This document shows, piece by piece, positions 54,437-64,000 of a DNA stretch of 64,000 nt. How positions within the stretch are numbered: the first letter of the stretch is position 1; every line of letters starts with the position of its first letter. Source of the DNA: Escherichia phage moskry. A program made the translations under genes and the position numbers. The DNA lies in the sequence record MN850651.1. The stretch is one strand, 5' to 3'. The notes under the pieces were generated by a model, which ran no database searches, was not told the origin of the DNA, and saw only the letters and a list, made by a program, of their open reading frames with translations.

Positions 54437-55354
54437 TCAGAATTCATTAATTACACTTGTTAATTTAGAAAGACCAGATTTTACAAAGTATGAATAAATC
54501 TTGCCTTTAGGTTGTTGTTTATATGAGTTATAATACTCTATAATGGTTGAAGCAATATTATCAGGGATATAATCAAAATCAATGAGAACCAAATTTTCTT
54601 GATACCGTTTATATTCTTCTGCACTTAATAATACTTCAGCTTGAGAACGGTCATTAGCAATTGCTTCAATAATTGATGTTTTCATGCTTGGAGTTCGTTC
54701 ACCTTCAACTCGAGTAAACCAGAAGTCACCACGAACTCGAACAGATGCAACACCATCCTTACGGTCGCCTTTAAGAATTTTAGTCATGCAATCAATTTCA
54801 GCAGAACCATTCTTAATTTTAACCCATTTTTTCTGTGGTGGCGACCACTGTTTAACGTTAGGATATTTGTGTAATTGTGTAAAGTCACCATCTGATGCAA
54901 CAATACATACTTTATGTCCAGCTAATGACAAATATTTAGTTAATACACCGATATGGTCGTCCGCTTCATACTTGTCAATATCCATTACAACGTATGGCAT
55001 GTATTTCTTAATCTCATCAACAACTTGATGGAGTGCAGTAAAATATCCTTCCCAATCCCACTTTGAAGCTTCACGATCGGTTTTACGATTTTTCTTGTAA
55101 TAGTAAGCAAAGTCACGACGCCAATAACCTGAAGTAGCATTATCCATACACAATACAAATTTTGTATAGCCTTGCTTACGGAACATCACTACGTTTTTAC
55201 GAATTGAATTCAAGATTACATGTCGAACCATTGGAACAGTAATTTTATCACCGTCTTCAAAGTTGTTTAATGCGGCTGCCAACGCAATGTTACTAAAGTC
55301 GGCAAGTGCAATACCTTCTTTGTAATCTTCATCCAACATCATTTCTAAATCCAT
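54437..55354 (-). CDS. rnh: RNase H / 5'-3' exonuclease (FEN family)
   Basis: 305 aa as in T4 Rnh. Confidence 0.93.
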   Translation of the reverse strand: MDLEMMLDEDYKEGIALADFSNIALAAALNNFEDGDKITVPMVRHVILNSIRKNVVMFRKQGYTKFVLCMDNATSGYWRRDFAYYYKKNRKTDREASKWDWEGYFTALHQVVDEIKKYMPYVVMDIDKYEADDHIGVLTKYLSLAGHKVCIVASDGDFTQLHKYPNVKQWSPPQKKWVKIKNGSAEIDCMTKILKGDRKDGVASVRVRGDFWFTRVEGERTPSMKTSIIEAIANDRSQAEVLLSAEEYKRYQENLVLIDFDYIPDNIASTIIEYYNSYKQQPKGKIYSYFVKSGLSKLTSVINEF

Positions 55355-55384
55355 ATGAACCTCTTGTTCAGTTAGTCAACTTGT

Positions 55385-55416
55385 CTATAGTAACACACTC
55401 ATTTGAAAGCGTAAAC
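55385..55416 (-). promoter_or_regulatory. Early-type promoter upstream of rnh
   Basis: GTTTAC-N18-TACTATAG on minus strand in the rnh/34 divergent intergenic region. Confidence 0.6.
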
Positions 55417-55419
55417 TGG

Positions 55420-55427
55420 TATAAATA
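55420..55427 (+). promoter_or_regulatory. Late promoter TATAAATA upstream of gene 34
   Basis: Exact TATAAATA about 30 nt upstream of gene 34 ATG. Confidence 0.7.
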
Positions 55428-55457
55428 AGTATTATTGAAACAATAAAGGAAAAACGA

Positions 55458-58400
55458 ATGGCCGACATCAAACGTAAGTTCAGAGCCGAAGACGGTCTGG
55501 ACGCCGGTGGCGACAAGATTGTTAACGTAGCATTAGCCGACCGTACAGTAGGTACTGATGGCGTAAACGTTGACTTCCTGGTACAAGAAAACACCGTTCA
55601 AGTATATGATTCTACGCGTGGATATAACAAAGGATTTGTTGTTCTTTATGACAACCGTTTATATCAAGCAATAAATGATATCGTGTCTCCTTCCGGGGCA
55701 TTTAACCTTTTACAATGGCGTGCAGTTCGTACCGATGCACAATGGATAACTGTAGCTTCTGGGACTTATCAACTTTCTTCAGGTGAATCGATTTCGGTTA
55801 ACACCGGTGCCGGCAATGATATGGTTTTCACGTTGCCAAATGCGCCGGTTGATGGTGACACTATTGTTTTGGCTGATATTGGTGGAAGAACCGGGGCAGT
55901 TAAAGTACAGATTAACGCGTCTGTGCAGAGTATTTTAAACTTTAGAGGCGAACAAGTTCGTACAGTTTTAATGACGCGTCCGCGTTCACAACTAGTGTTT
56001 GTGTTTAGTAATCGTTTGTGGCAGATGTATATCATTGATTACGGTAAAGAATCAATCACTGTTACACCTGCTACACCATATCAAGCGCAAGCAAACGATT
56101 TTATTGTTCTTCGTTTTACTAGTGCAGCACCAATCAACATTACACTTCCACGTAATGCTAACAATGGTGATATAATCAGCCTAGTTGATTTAGATAAATT
56201 AAACCCACTGTATCATACGATTATTAAAACATTTGATGATACAACGTCTATTGGCGAAGTCGGGACTCATATCGTCGAAGGCAGAACTTCTTCTGACGCG
56301 TTTTTTGTTTTTGATGCTGCAAATAGTTTATGGCGTATATGGGAAGGCGACCAGAAATCACGTCTTCGTATTATCCGTACAGATTCAAATATTCGCCCAA
56401 ATGAAGAAGTTCTTATTTTTGGTACAAATAACGCTACAGCAGAAACTATTAACCTTACGCTTCCTACAGGAATTTTGACCGGTGACACTGTTAAAATTTC
56501 AATGAACTACATGCGTAAAGGCCAAACAGTAAAAATTAAAGCTGCCGAAGGTGATACAATTGCTTCTTCTGTCGCATTACTTCAGTTCCCTAAACGTTCT
56601 GAATATCCACCTGATGCTCAATGGGTCTCTGTTACTGAACTAGAATTCAATGGCACTACTTCATATGTTCCTGTATTAGAATTAGCGTATATCGAAGACA
56701 CCGATTCTGACACTCATTATTGGGTTGTGCAACAGAATGTCCCTACGGTAGAACGTGTTGATGCTGGAACTGATGCTACACGAGCTCGTTTAGGTGTTAT
56801 TGCTCTTGCTACTCAAGCGCAAGCAAATGTTGATTTAGAGAATACTCCAGCTAAAGAAGTGGCTATTACTCCTGAAACGTTGGCAAATCGTACAGCAACT
56901 GAAGCTCGACGTGGTATCGCTAAAATTGCTACAACAGCACAAGTTAACCAGAATTCCACAGCATCATTTGTGGACGATACCGTTGTTACGCCTAAAAAAC
57001 TAAATGAGCGTACAGCAACTGAAACTCGTCGTGGTCTTGCTGAAATTGCTACTCAGGCTGAAACTGATGCCGGTCTTGATGACACAACAATTATTACACC
57101 TAAGAAATTGCAGGCACGTCAGGGTTCTGAAACACTATCTGGTATAGTTAAATATGTATCAACTACTTCTGCTACACCTGCCGCGACTCGTGGAGCTGCA
57201 GGCACTAATGTTTATAATAAAGACACAACCACGTTAACTATTTCTCCTAAAGCCCTTGACCAATATAAAGCAACTTATGCTCAACAAGGTGCAGTAATTT
57301 TAGCTGTCGATAGTGAAGTAATTGCTGGACAATCTCAAGCAGGTTATTCTCATGCTGTAGTAACTCCTGAAACACTACATAAGAAAACTTCTACTGATGG
57401 ACGTATTGGTTTAATTGAAATTGCTACGCAAGCAGAAACTAATGCTGGGACTGATTATACGCGGGCAGTAACGCCTAAGACGTTAAATGATAGGAAAGCT
57501 ACGGAAGGATTATCCGGCATAGCCGAACTTGCTACGCAAGTTGAATTTGATACTGGAACTGATGATACTCGTATCTCGACTCCACTGAAAATTAAAACTC
57601 ATTTTGATTCTTCTGACCGTACCAGTGTTAATTCTGATTCCGGACTTATTGAAGAAGGAACCTTGTGGAACCATTATACTCTTGATATTTCTAAAGCAAA
57701 TGAAACACAACGTGGTACACTTCGCGTAGCGACTCAGGCAGAATCTAATGCAGGAACTTTAGATGATGTTCTTATTACTCCTAAAAAGCTTTTAGGGACT
57801 AAGTCCACTGAAACGTCTGAAGGTGTAATTAAGGTTGCTACTCGGGCTGAAACTGTAACAGGAACTTCTGCTAATACTGCTGTATCGCCTAAGAATTTAA
57901 AATGGATTGTCCAGAATGAACCAACATGGGCTGCTACTACGGCAATTCGTGGATTCGTTAAAACTTCATCCGGTTCTATTACATTCGTTGGTAATGATAC
58001 AGTTGGTTCAACACAACCTTTAGAATCATATGAAAAAAATAGCTATGCTATATCTCCATATGAATTAAACCGTGTACTTGCTAACTATTTGCCATTAAAA
58101 GCAAAAGCTGCTGACGCAAATTTATTAGATGGCATAGATTCATCTCAGTTCATTCGTAGGGATATTGCACAGACGGTTAATGGTTCACTAACCTTAACGA
58201 AACAAACTAATCTGAGTGCCCCTCTTGTATCATCTAGTACTGCTACGTTTGGTGGGTCAGTTTCGGCAAATAGTACATTAACTATTTCTAATACTGGAAC
58301 GGCAACTCGTCTGATTTTTGAGAAAGGACCTCAAACTGGAACTAATCCAGCACAGACGATGACTATCAGAGTTTGGGGAAATCAGTTTGGTGGCGGATCA

Positions 58401-59333
58401 GATACAACACGTTCCACTGTATTTGAAGTTGGTGATGAAACGTCTAATCATTTTTATTCTCAACGTAATAAAGATGGGAATATAGCGTTTAGCATTAATG
58501 GTACTGTGATGCCAATAAACATTAATGCTTCCGGTTTGATGAATGTTAATGGCGTTGCAACATTCGGTCGTTCAGTTACTGCTAATGGCGAATTCATTAG
58601 TAAGTCTGCAAATGCTTTCAGAGCAATTAGTGGTGATTACGGATTCTTTATTCGTAATGACGCTGCTAATACCTATTTTATGCTCACTGCATCAGGCGAT
58701 CAGACTGGCGGATTTAATGGATTACGTCCTTTAGCTATTAATAATGCATCCGGCCAAGTAACGATTGGTGAAGGCTTAATCATTGCCAAAGGTGCTACTA
58801 TAAATTCAGATGGTTTGACTGTTAACTCTAGAATTCGTTCTCAGGGTACTAAAACATCTGACTTATATACTCGTGCGCCAACATCCGATACTGTAGGATT
58901 CTGGTCAATTGATATTAATGATTCAGCCACTTATAACCAGTTCCCTGGTTATTTTAAAATGGTTGAAAAAACTAATGAAGTGTCTGGACTTCCATACTTA
59001 GAACGTGGTGAAGAAGTTAAATCTCCTGGTACTTTGACTCAATTTGGCAATACTCTTGATTCACTTTACCAAGATTGGATTACTTATCCAACAACTCCAG
59101 ACGCACGTACCACTCGCTGGACACGTACATGGCAGAAAACTAAAAATTCTTGGTCAAGTTTTGTTCAAGTATTTGATGGCGGAAACCCTCCTCAACCTTC
59201 TGATATTGGTGCTTTACCTTCTGATAATGCAACAATCGGAAACTTGACAATACGGGATTTCTTAAGGATTGGTAATGTCCGCGTTATTCCAGACCCTGTG
59301 AATAAATCTGTTAAATTCGAGTGGATTGAATAA
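55458..59333 (+). CDS. 34: Long tail fibre proximal subunit gp34
   Basis: 1291 aa; T4 gp34 1289 aa; late promoter upstream. Confidence 0.95.
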   Translation: MADIKRKFRAEDGLDAGGDKIVNVALADRTVGTDGVNVDFLVQENTVQVYDSTRGYNKGFVVLYDNRLYQAINDIVSPSGAFNLLQWRAVRTDAQWITVASGTYQLSSGESISVNTGAGNDMVFTLPNAPVDGDTIVLADIGGRTGAVKVQINASVQSILNFRGEQVRTVLMTRPRSQLVFVFSNRLWQMYIIDYGKESITVTPATPYQAQANDFIVLRFTSAAPINITLPRNANNGDIISLVDLDKLNPLYHTIIKTFDDTTSIGEVGTHIVEGRTSSDAFFVFDAANSLWRIWEGDQKSRLRIIRTDSNIRPNEEVLIFGTNNATAETINLTLPTGILTGDTVKISMNYMRKGQTVKIKAAEGDTIASSVALLQFPKRSEYPPDAQWVSVTELEFNGTTSYVPVLELAYIEDTDSDTHYWVVQQNVPTVERVDAGTDATRARLGVIALATQAQANVDLENTPAKEVAITPETLANRTATEARRGIAKIATTAQVNQNSTASFVDDTVVTPKKLNERTATETRRGLAEIATQAETDAGLDDTTIITPKKLQARQGSETLSGIVKYVSTTSATPAATRGAAGTNVYNKDTTTLTISPKALDQYKATYAQQGAVILAVDSEVIAGQSQAGYSHAVVTPETLHKKTSTDGRIGLIEIATQAETNAGTDYTRAVTPKTLNDRKATEGLSGIAELATQVEFDTGTDDTRISTPLKIKTHFDSSDRTSVNSDSGLIEEGTLWNHYTLDISKANETQRGTLRVATQAESNAGTLDDVLITPKKLLGTKSTETSEGVIKVATRAETVTGTSANTAVSPKNLKWIVQNEPTWAATTAIRGFVKTSSGSITFVGNDTVGSTQPLESYEKNSYAISPYELNRVLANYLPLKAKAADANLLDGIDSSQFIRRDIAQTVNGSLTLTKQTNLSAPLVSSSTATFGGSVSANSTLTISNTGTATRLIFEKGPQTGTNPAQTMTIRVWGNQFGGGSDTTRSTVFEVGDETSNHFYSQRNKDGNIAFSINGTVMPININASGLMNVNGVATFGRSVTANGEFISKSANAFRAISGDYGFFIRNDAANTYFMLTASGDQTGGFNGLRPLAINNASGQVTIGEGLIIAKGATINSDGLTVNSRIRSQGTKTSDLYTRAPTSDTVGFWSIDINDSATYNQFPGYFKMVEKTNEVSGLPYLERGEEVKSPGTLTQFGNTLDSLYQDWITYPTTPDARTTRWTRTWQKTKNSWSSFVQVFDGGNPPQPSDIGALPSDNATIGNLTIRDFLRIGNVRVIPDPVNKSVKFEWIE

Positions 59334-59341
59334 GAGGTATT

Positions 59342-60469
59342 ATGGAAAAATTTATGGCTAAGTTTGGACAAGGATACGTCCAAACGCCATTTTTATCGGA
59401 AAGCAATTCGGTACGATTTAAATTAAGCATAGCGGGCTCTTGTCCGCTATCAACATCTCCTGCTTATATTAAGTTCCAAGATAATCCACTTGGGTCCCAG
59501 GTTTTTTCTGTTGGATTAAACGTTCGTGTAATAAATCCTACAACAGGTGCAGTAGTTGAATCTAAGTCATATAATTTCTCTACTGAAAACGACGCCACGT
59601 CAAGTGCATTTGTTACTTTCATGGACGCATATGCTTCAAATTTTATATTTGCTCTTGTTACTAACGCTAAAACAAACTTTCCACCCGAAGTTCTTACATG
59701 GTTTAATAAAGCCGGAAGTTCTGCTATTCCATTAGCTCAACAAGTTTTAAATATAGTGGACATTTCTTATTCTGCGTTTTATATTTCTGGTAAGAATGCT
59801 ATAGCACTAGAACATATTAAGTATAGTAATAAGAAAACTTCAACCGACTATAGTACACCACTTGATGTTGTGTACGACACGATCGATGATATTGGTGCTA
59901 CCGGCTTCCCTAGACGTACGTACGAATCGACAGACACATTTTTATCTGCTGTTGGAGGTGCTAATAATGAAATTAAAAGGATGCCTACAACGTCCGTTAT
60001 TACACCTCTCACTGGGTATAAATTGAAGCCTGGAGATTTCCTTTATATGAAATTCCAACTAATGGCCGATGCCGATTTGTTAGCACAAGGGACGACGCGA
60101 CTTTCTATTCGTTTCTTTAAATCTCCTTCTACTTCACCTATTTCATCTAAGGATATAAACTTTGATGGGGCCGCAGGTGAATGGAAGATATATGAAGACT
60201 ACATAGAAATTCCTGCTGGTGCTGACGGGTTCACGATTTATTGTTATCGTACAGCTCCAGTCGGGCAAGGTGGATTAAGAAACGTTATATTCACTGAAGT
60301 ATCATGTAATGGAAGCGTTTCAAAACCTGCCGAGTTTGGTATAAATGGTATTCGTGTAAATTATGTTTCAGAATCTTTAAGTGCCCCAGACATAATGACA
60401 TTACCTACTCAATCTTCAACTGATACTGGTAAGGTATTTGGACAAGAATTTAAAGAAGCATCAGAATAA
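59342..60469 (+). CDS. 35: Long tail fibre hinge protein gp35
   Basis: 375 aa; T4 gp35 372 aa. Confidence 0.92.
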   Translation: MEKFMAKFGQGYVQTPFLSESNSVRFKLSIAGSCPLSTSPAYIKFQDNPLGSQVFSVGLNVRVINPTTGAVVESKSYNFSTENDATSSAFVTFMDAYASNFIFALVTNAKTNFPPEVLTWFNKAGSSAIPLAQQVLNIVDISYSAFYISGKNAIALEHIKYSNKKTSTDYSTPLDVVYDTIDDIGATGFPRRTYESTDTFLSAVGGANNEIKRMPTTSVITPLTGYKLKPGDFLYMKFQLMADADLLAQGTTRLSIRFFKSPSTSPISSKDINFDGAAGEWKIYEDYIEIPAGADGFTIYCYRTAPVGQGGLRNVIFTEVSCNGSVSKPAEFGINGIRVNYVSESLSAPDIMTLPTQSSTDTGKVFGQEFKEASE

Positions 60470-60474
60470 ATTTA

Positions 60475-60492
60475 GGGAGACTTCGGTCTCCC
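60475..60492 (+). terminator. Intrinsic terminator after gene 35
   Basis: GGGAGAC-TTCG-GTCTCCC followed by ATTTTTG. Confidence 0.8.
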
Positions 60493-60499
60493 ATTTTTG

Positions 60500-60507
60500 T
60501 ATAAATA
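60500..60507 (+). promoter_or_regulatory. Late promoter TATAAATA upstream of gene 36
   Basis: Exact TATAAATA directly after the gene 35 terminator hairpin. Confidence 0.7.
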
Positions 60508-60531
60508 TGGTATACATATAAGGAGACAACT

Positions 60532-61197
60532 ATGGCCGATTTAAAAGCTGGTAGTACAACTGGCGGTGCTGTCATATGGCATCAAGGTAATTTCCCTTTA
60601 ATGCCAGCAGGTGATGACGTCCTGTATAAAACGTTTAAACTCTATTCAGAATATAATAAACCACAAGCGGCTGATAACGATTTCGTTTCTAAAGCAAATG
60701 GTGGTACGTATGCCGCTCGAGTAACATTTAATAATGGTGTGCAAGTACCTTATGCCGTAAATAACACAAATCAAAGTGGTATTTATCCTGGCAATGGCGA
60801 TGCTGCTACTTTTGATACAGCAAATATTGATATTGTTTCATGGTATGGCATTGGTTTTAAATCATCACAAGGATCTGCAGGTAGAACTGTTGTTGTTAAC
60901 ACTCGTACTGGTGATATCAGCACTAAAGGTGGTATTTATGCAACTGGTCCTGTCCGTTCTAACGCTACTGCTCCGGTTGCAGCAAATGATCTCACAAGAA
61001 AAGATTATGTTGATGGACGAATAAATATTGTTACGGATAACGCAAATTCCCGTGTATTGCGTAAAGGCGATACCATGACTGGTACTTTAACAGCACCAAA
61101 CTTTTTCTCACAGAATCCGGCGTCTGAGGCTAATCATGTTCCTCGTTTCGACCAGATTGTAATTAAAGATTCTGTTCAAGATTTCGGCTATTATTAA
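60532..61197 (+). CDS. 36: Long tail fibre distal connector gp36
   Basis: 221 aa as in T4 gp36; [21 protein letters not shown]. Confidence 0.93.
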   Translation: MADLKAGSTTGGAVIWHQGNFPLMPAGDDVLYKTFKLYSEYNKPQAADNDFVSKANGGTYAARVTFNNGVQVPYAVNNTNQSGIYPGNGDAATFDTANIDIVSWYGIGFKSSQGSAGRTVVVNTRTGDISTKGGIYATGPVRSNATAPVAANDLTRKDYVDGRINIVTDNANSRVLRKGDTMTGTLTAPNFFSQNPASEANHVPRFDQIVIKDSVQDFGYY

Positions 61198-61205
61198 GAG
61201 GACTT

Positions 61206-64000
61206 ATGGCTACATTAAAACAGATACAATTTAAAAGAAGCAAAGTAGCAGGAGTTAATCCTACTGCAGCACAATTAGCCGAAGGCGAATTAGCGATAAA
61301 CTTAAAAGATCGAACTCTTTTTACTAAAGATGACCTCGGTAATATTATTAGCCTAGGCTTTGCTAAGGGTGGGGATATTAACGGTAATGTAACTCAAACT
61401 GGCGATTATTTACAAAACGGCACGTATAATCTCAATGGAAATCAGTTTGTTTATGCAGGAAAATACATTGAATTTTTACCTAAAACCACTGGAAATGGCG
61501 CTTGGGCTAACCAACATTCGAATAAAGCCCCTATCTTTACAGATTTAAGTTCAACTACTTCTGTTTCAGAATACCATCCACTGATTAAACAACGCTATAA
61601 AGATGGAACTTTTTCTGCTGGTACATTAGTAAACGAAGGTAGTTTTAAATTCCATTATATTGATGAAACCGGGACTTCAAAATACTGGACTTTTAATCGA
61701 AACGGTAATTTTCAAGTTGATTCTGGAAGTTTATTAGTATCTAATGGATATTTAGTTACTCAAAGTAATATTGAAACTAAAGCTGGTTCTTTAATTGGTC
61801 CTAAAGTTATTACCAAAAATATCAATGTGAGCACTAAATCTTGGGACACTAATATTGATACTGCATATGATTTAGTTTCATTACCGACTTGGCAGTATAC
61901 TCCAACCGAAACGGATTTGGATACTAACGGTATAAACTACCTTCGTAAATTCCGCGGACATGTTTCTTCTGCTATTTTCCATGAAGTTGCTGATGCTCGT
62001 TCAGGTAAACCACAGAATATTTCGTATTGGACGGGACGTAATGCTGAAGTTTATCAATGGTCTTATACCACAGATGGGCGTATGTCCGTTGCTAATTCGA
62101 TAGGTATAGGTCTTGCTGATGTTGGTGACCAAGGACGTTATCCATTGGTTTCGTTTGGTAAAGGTATTGCAATTGGTGACAATGATACTGGTATTAAATG
62201 GGTTCGTGACGGGGTTATCGATTTAGTTGCGAATGGTATTTCTGCCGGCACTATTCTTAATAACGGTATTAACAGCACTAAGAAATTGATGGTCGGTTAT
62301 AGTCGAGATTCTGGTTCTACTTGGGATTACCCAAATAACAACCAAGCAATGTTTACTGCGCGTACCGATGTTGATGGTAATAATAACGGTGACGGTCAGA
62401 CTCATATTGGTTATAGTAGCAATGCCAAGATGTATCACTATTTCCGTGGCACTGGTCGTATGTCCGTTAGTATGGGTGATGGGCTTCTTGTTGAGCCTGG
62501 CATTTTAGATATTAAAACCAGTTCAAATAGGGTTGCTATTAGAGCAGATGGTACATTTGACTCAACCCAACGTATTTCAATGCGTACTGGGTTATTTTTA
62601 TCAGGTGATGACAATACCAATGCTTTGACATTTAAAGCGCCTACAGGCGTTGACGGGACAAAAACCATTAACTGGGATGCAGGTACTCGTAATGGACAGA
62701 ATAAAAATACTGTAACCATTAAAGCATGGGGTAACTCATTTAACGCTGAAAAGGGTAATAGAGAAACTGTATTTGAAGTATCAGATTCACAAGGTTATTA
62801 TTTTTATGCTCAACGTACCAACCCGGCTTCTGGTGAAACAGTAGGTCCGGTTAACTTTAAATTTAACGGAACTGTCGAAACAGGCCATATCATAGGCCTT
62901 GGTAATATAAGTGCCTCCGGTACAGGTTCTTTTGGTGGCAATGTTACCATGACTAATGGCCTGTTTGTCCAAGGTGGTTCTTCTATTACCGGTCAAGTTA
63001 AAATCGGCGGAACAGCTGATGCATTAAGAATTTGGAATGCTGAATACGGGGCTATTTTCCGTCGTTCTGAAGATAAGCTTTATATTATTCCAACTCCACA
63101 GAATGCTGGTGAATCAGGTGGTATTTCTAATTTACGTCCGTTCTATATTACATTAAGTAATGGTAAAGTTTCCATGGATCATGATGTAGATATCGGTGGA
63201 GGTAGATTTAAAGTAGAAGTGGCTGGAACTACTGCTAGTCAACGCATAACAGTAAATATGGCATCAGATGCTATTAGAATAAATGCTCCAACACAAGAGT
63301 CTTCTAACTTCATCCAAGGACGTAAAGCAGATGTTCCGAAATGGTATTTAGGTATTGGCGATGGCGGAAACGTCGTTCGTATGCATAGTTACACCTATTC
63401 CCATGGTATTGCATTAAACTCTGATACGGTTGATATAGCTAAACCTCTTAGAATAGGTTCAACCCAGATTGGTACTGACGGTAACATCACAGGTGGTTCT
63501 GGTAATTTTGCTAACTTGAATACCACAATAAATAACCTTAAGACAGATATTGTCTCAAGTTATCCTATTGGTGCTCCGATTCCTTGGCCTACTGATACAC
63601 CTCCTGAAGGTTATGCCATAATGGAAGGTCAAACATTTGATGTTGACTTGTATCCTAAGTTAGCTGAGGTGTATCCTTCCGGTGCTCTGCCTGATATGCG
63701 TGGTCAAACTATCAAGGGTAAACCATCTGGGCGTGCTGTATTAAGTACAGAAGAAGATGGTGTTAAGTCACATAGCCATAGTGCAAGTGCATCAAGCACA
63801 GATTTGGGTACTAAGACCACTTCTAGTTTTGATTACGGTAGCAAAACGACTTCAAGCTTTGATTATGGTACTAAGACCAGTAATACCACTGGTAACCATA
63901 ACCATACAGTGAGTGGTAATACTAGTGCCGCTGGTAACCACCAGCACTCACAGACAGGCCCAAGAGGACCTAGTAACCAACCGACCGGGATATTTCCTAA
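61206..64000 (+). CDS. 37: Long tail fibre distal subunit gp37, 3'-truncated by window end
   Basis: Open frame from ATG (AAGAGG SD) to window end, about 931 codons; [43 protein letters not shown] matches T4 gp37; C-terminal part has His-x-His boxes as in the T4-type tip. Confidence 0.93.
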   Translation, partial: MATLKQIQFKRSKVAGVNPTAAQLAEGELAINLKDRTLFTKDDLGNIISLGFAKGGDINGNVTQTGDYLQNGTYNLNGNQFVYAGKYIEFLPKTTGNGAWANQHSNKAPIFTDLSSTTSVSEYHPLIKQRYKDGTFSAGTLVNEGSFKFHYIDETGTSKYWTFNRNGNFQVDSGSLLVSNGYLVTQSNIETKAGSLIGPKVITKNINVSTKSWDTNIDTAYDLVSLPTWQYTPTETDLDTNGINYLRKFRGHVSSAIFHEVADARSGKPQNISYWTGRNAEVYQWSYTTDGRMSVANSIGIGLADVGDQGRYPLVSFGKGIAIGDNDTGIKWVRDGVIDLVANGISAGTILNNGINSTKKLMVGYSRDSGSTWDYPNNNQAMFTARTDVDGNNNGDGQTHIGYSSNAKMYHYFRGTGRMSVSMGDGLLVEPGILDIKTSSNRVAIRADGTFDSTQRISMRTGLFLSGDDNTNALTFKAPTGVDGTKTINWDAGTRNGQNKNTVTIKAWGNSFNAEKGNRETVFEVSDSQGYYFYAQRTNPASGETVGPVNFKFNGTVETGHIIGLGNISASGTGSFGGNVTMTNGLFVQGGSSITGQVKIGGTADALRIWNAEYGAIFRRSEDKLYIIPTPQNAGESGGISNLRPFYITLSNGKVSMDHDVDIGGGRFKVEVAGTTASQRITVNMASDAIRINAPTQESSNFIQGRKADVPKWYLGIGDGGNVVRMHSYTYSHGIALNSDTVDIAKPLRIGSTQIGTDGNITGGSGNFANLNTTINNLKTDIVSSYPIGAPIPWPTDTPPEGYAIMEGQTFDVDLYPKLAEVYPSGALPDMRGQTIKGKPSGRAVLSTEEDGVKSHSHSASASSTDLGTKTTSSFDYGSKTTSSFDYGTKTSNTTGNHNHTVSGNTSAAGNHQHSQTGPRGPSNQPTGIFP

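Overview
This window is a contiguous segment of a T4-like (Tevenvirinae/Straboviridae) myovirus genome, with gene order and protein N-termini matching phage T4 almost gene-for-gene. Plus-strand late structural block: neck 13/14, 15, terminase 16/17, sheath 18, tube 19, portal 20, prohead core 67/68/21/22, major capsid 23, vertex 24. Then rnlB, hoc, inh (minus), uvsW/uvsW.1 (plus), uvsY and baseplate 25/26 (minus), baseplate/tail 51/27/28/29/48/54 (plus). A long minus-strand early/middle block follows: alt, DNA ligase 30, a variable small-gene island, rIII, 31, cd, pseT, spanins, alc, rnlA, denA, nrdB, nrdA, td, frd, 32, 59, 33, dsbA, rnh. The window ends with long tail fibre genes 34/35/36 and a 3'-truncated T4-type 37. 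No tRNA, rRNA or CRISPR array was seen. Departures from the T4 layout are: a DAHP synthase (AroG-family) gene between cd and pseT; a free-standing GIY-YIG-like homing endonuclease between genes 13 and 14; a small promoter-equipped early gene where T4 has segD; hoc enlarged by a tandem Ig-domain duplication; intron-less td and nrdB; a NADAR/HAD gene pair plus five orphan early genes between 30 and rIII; and an approx. 300 bp structured non-coding gap next to an unlisted 59-aa basic ORF. CDS coordinates follow the supplied ORF track, trimmed where an internal ATG with a Shine-Dalgarno is clearly the real start. Motif coordinates were read by eye and may be off by 1-2 nt. All homology calls are from memory of T4 and E. 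coli proteins; no database search was run.
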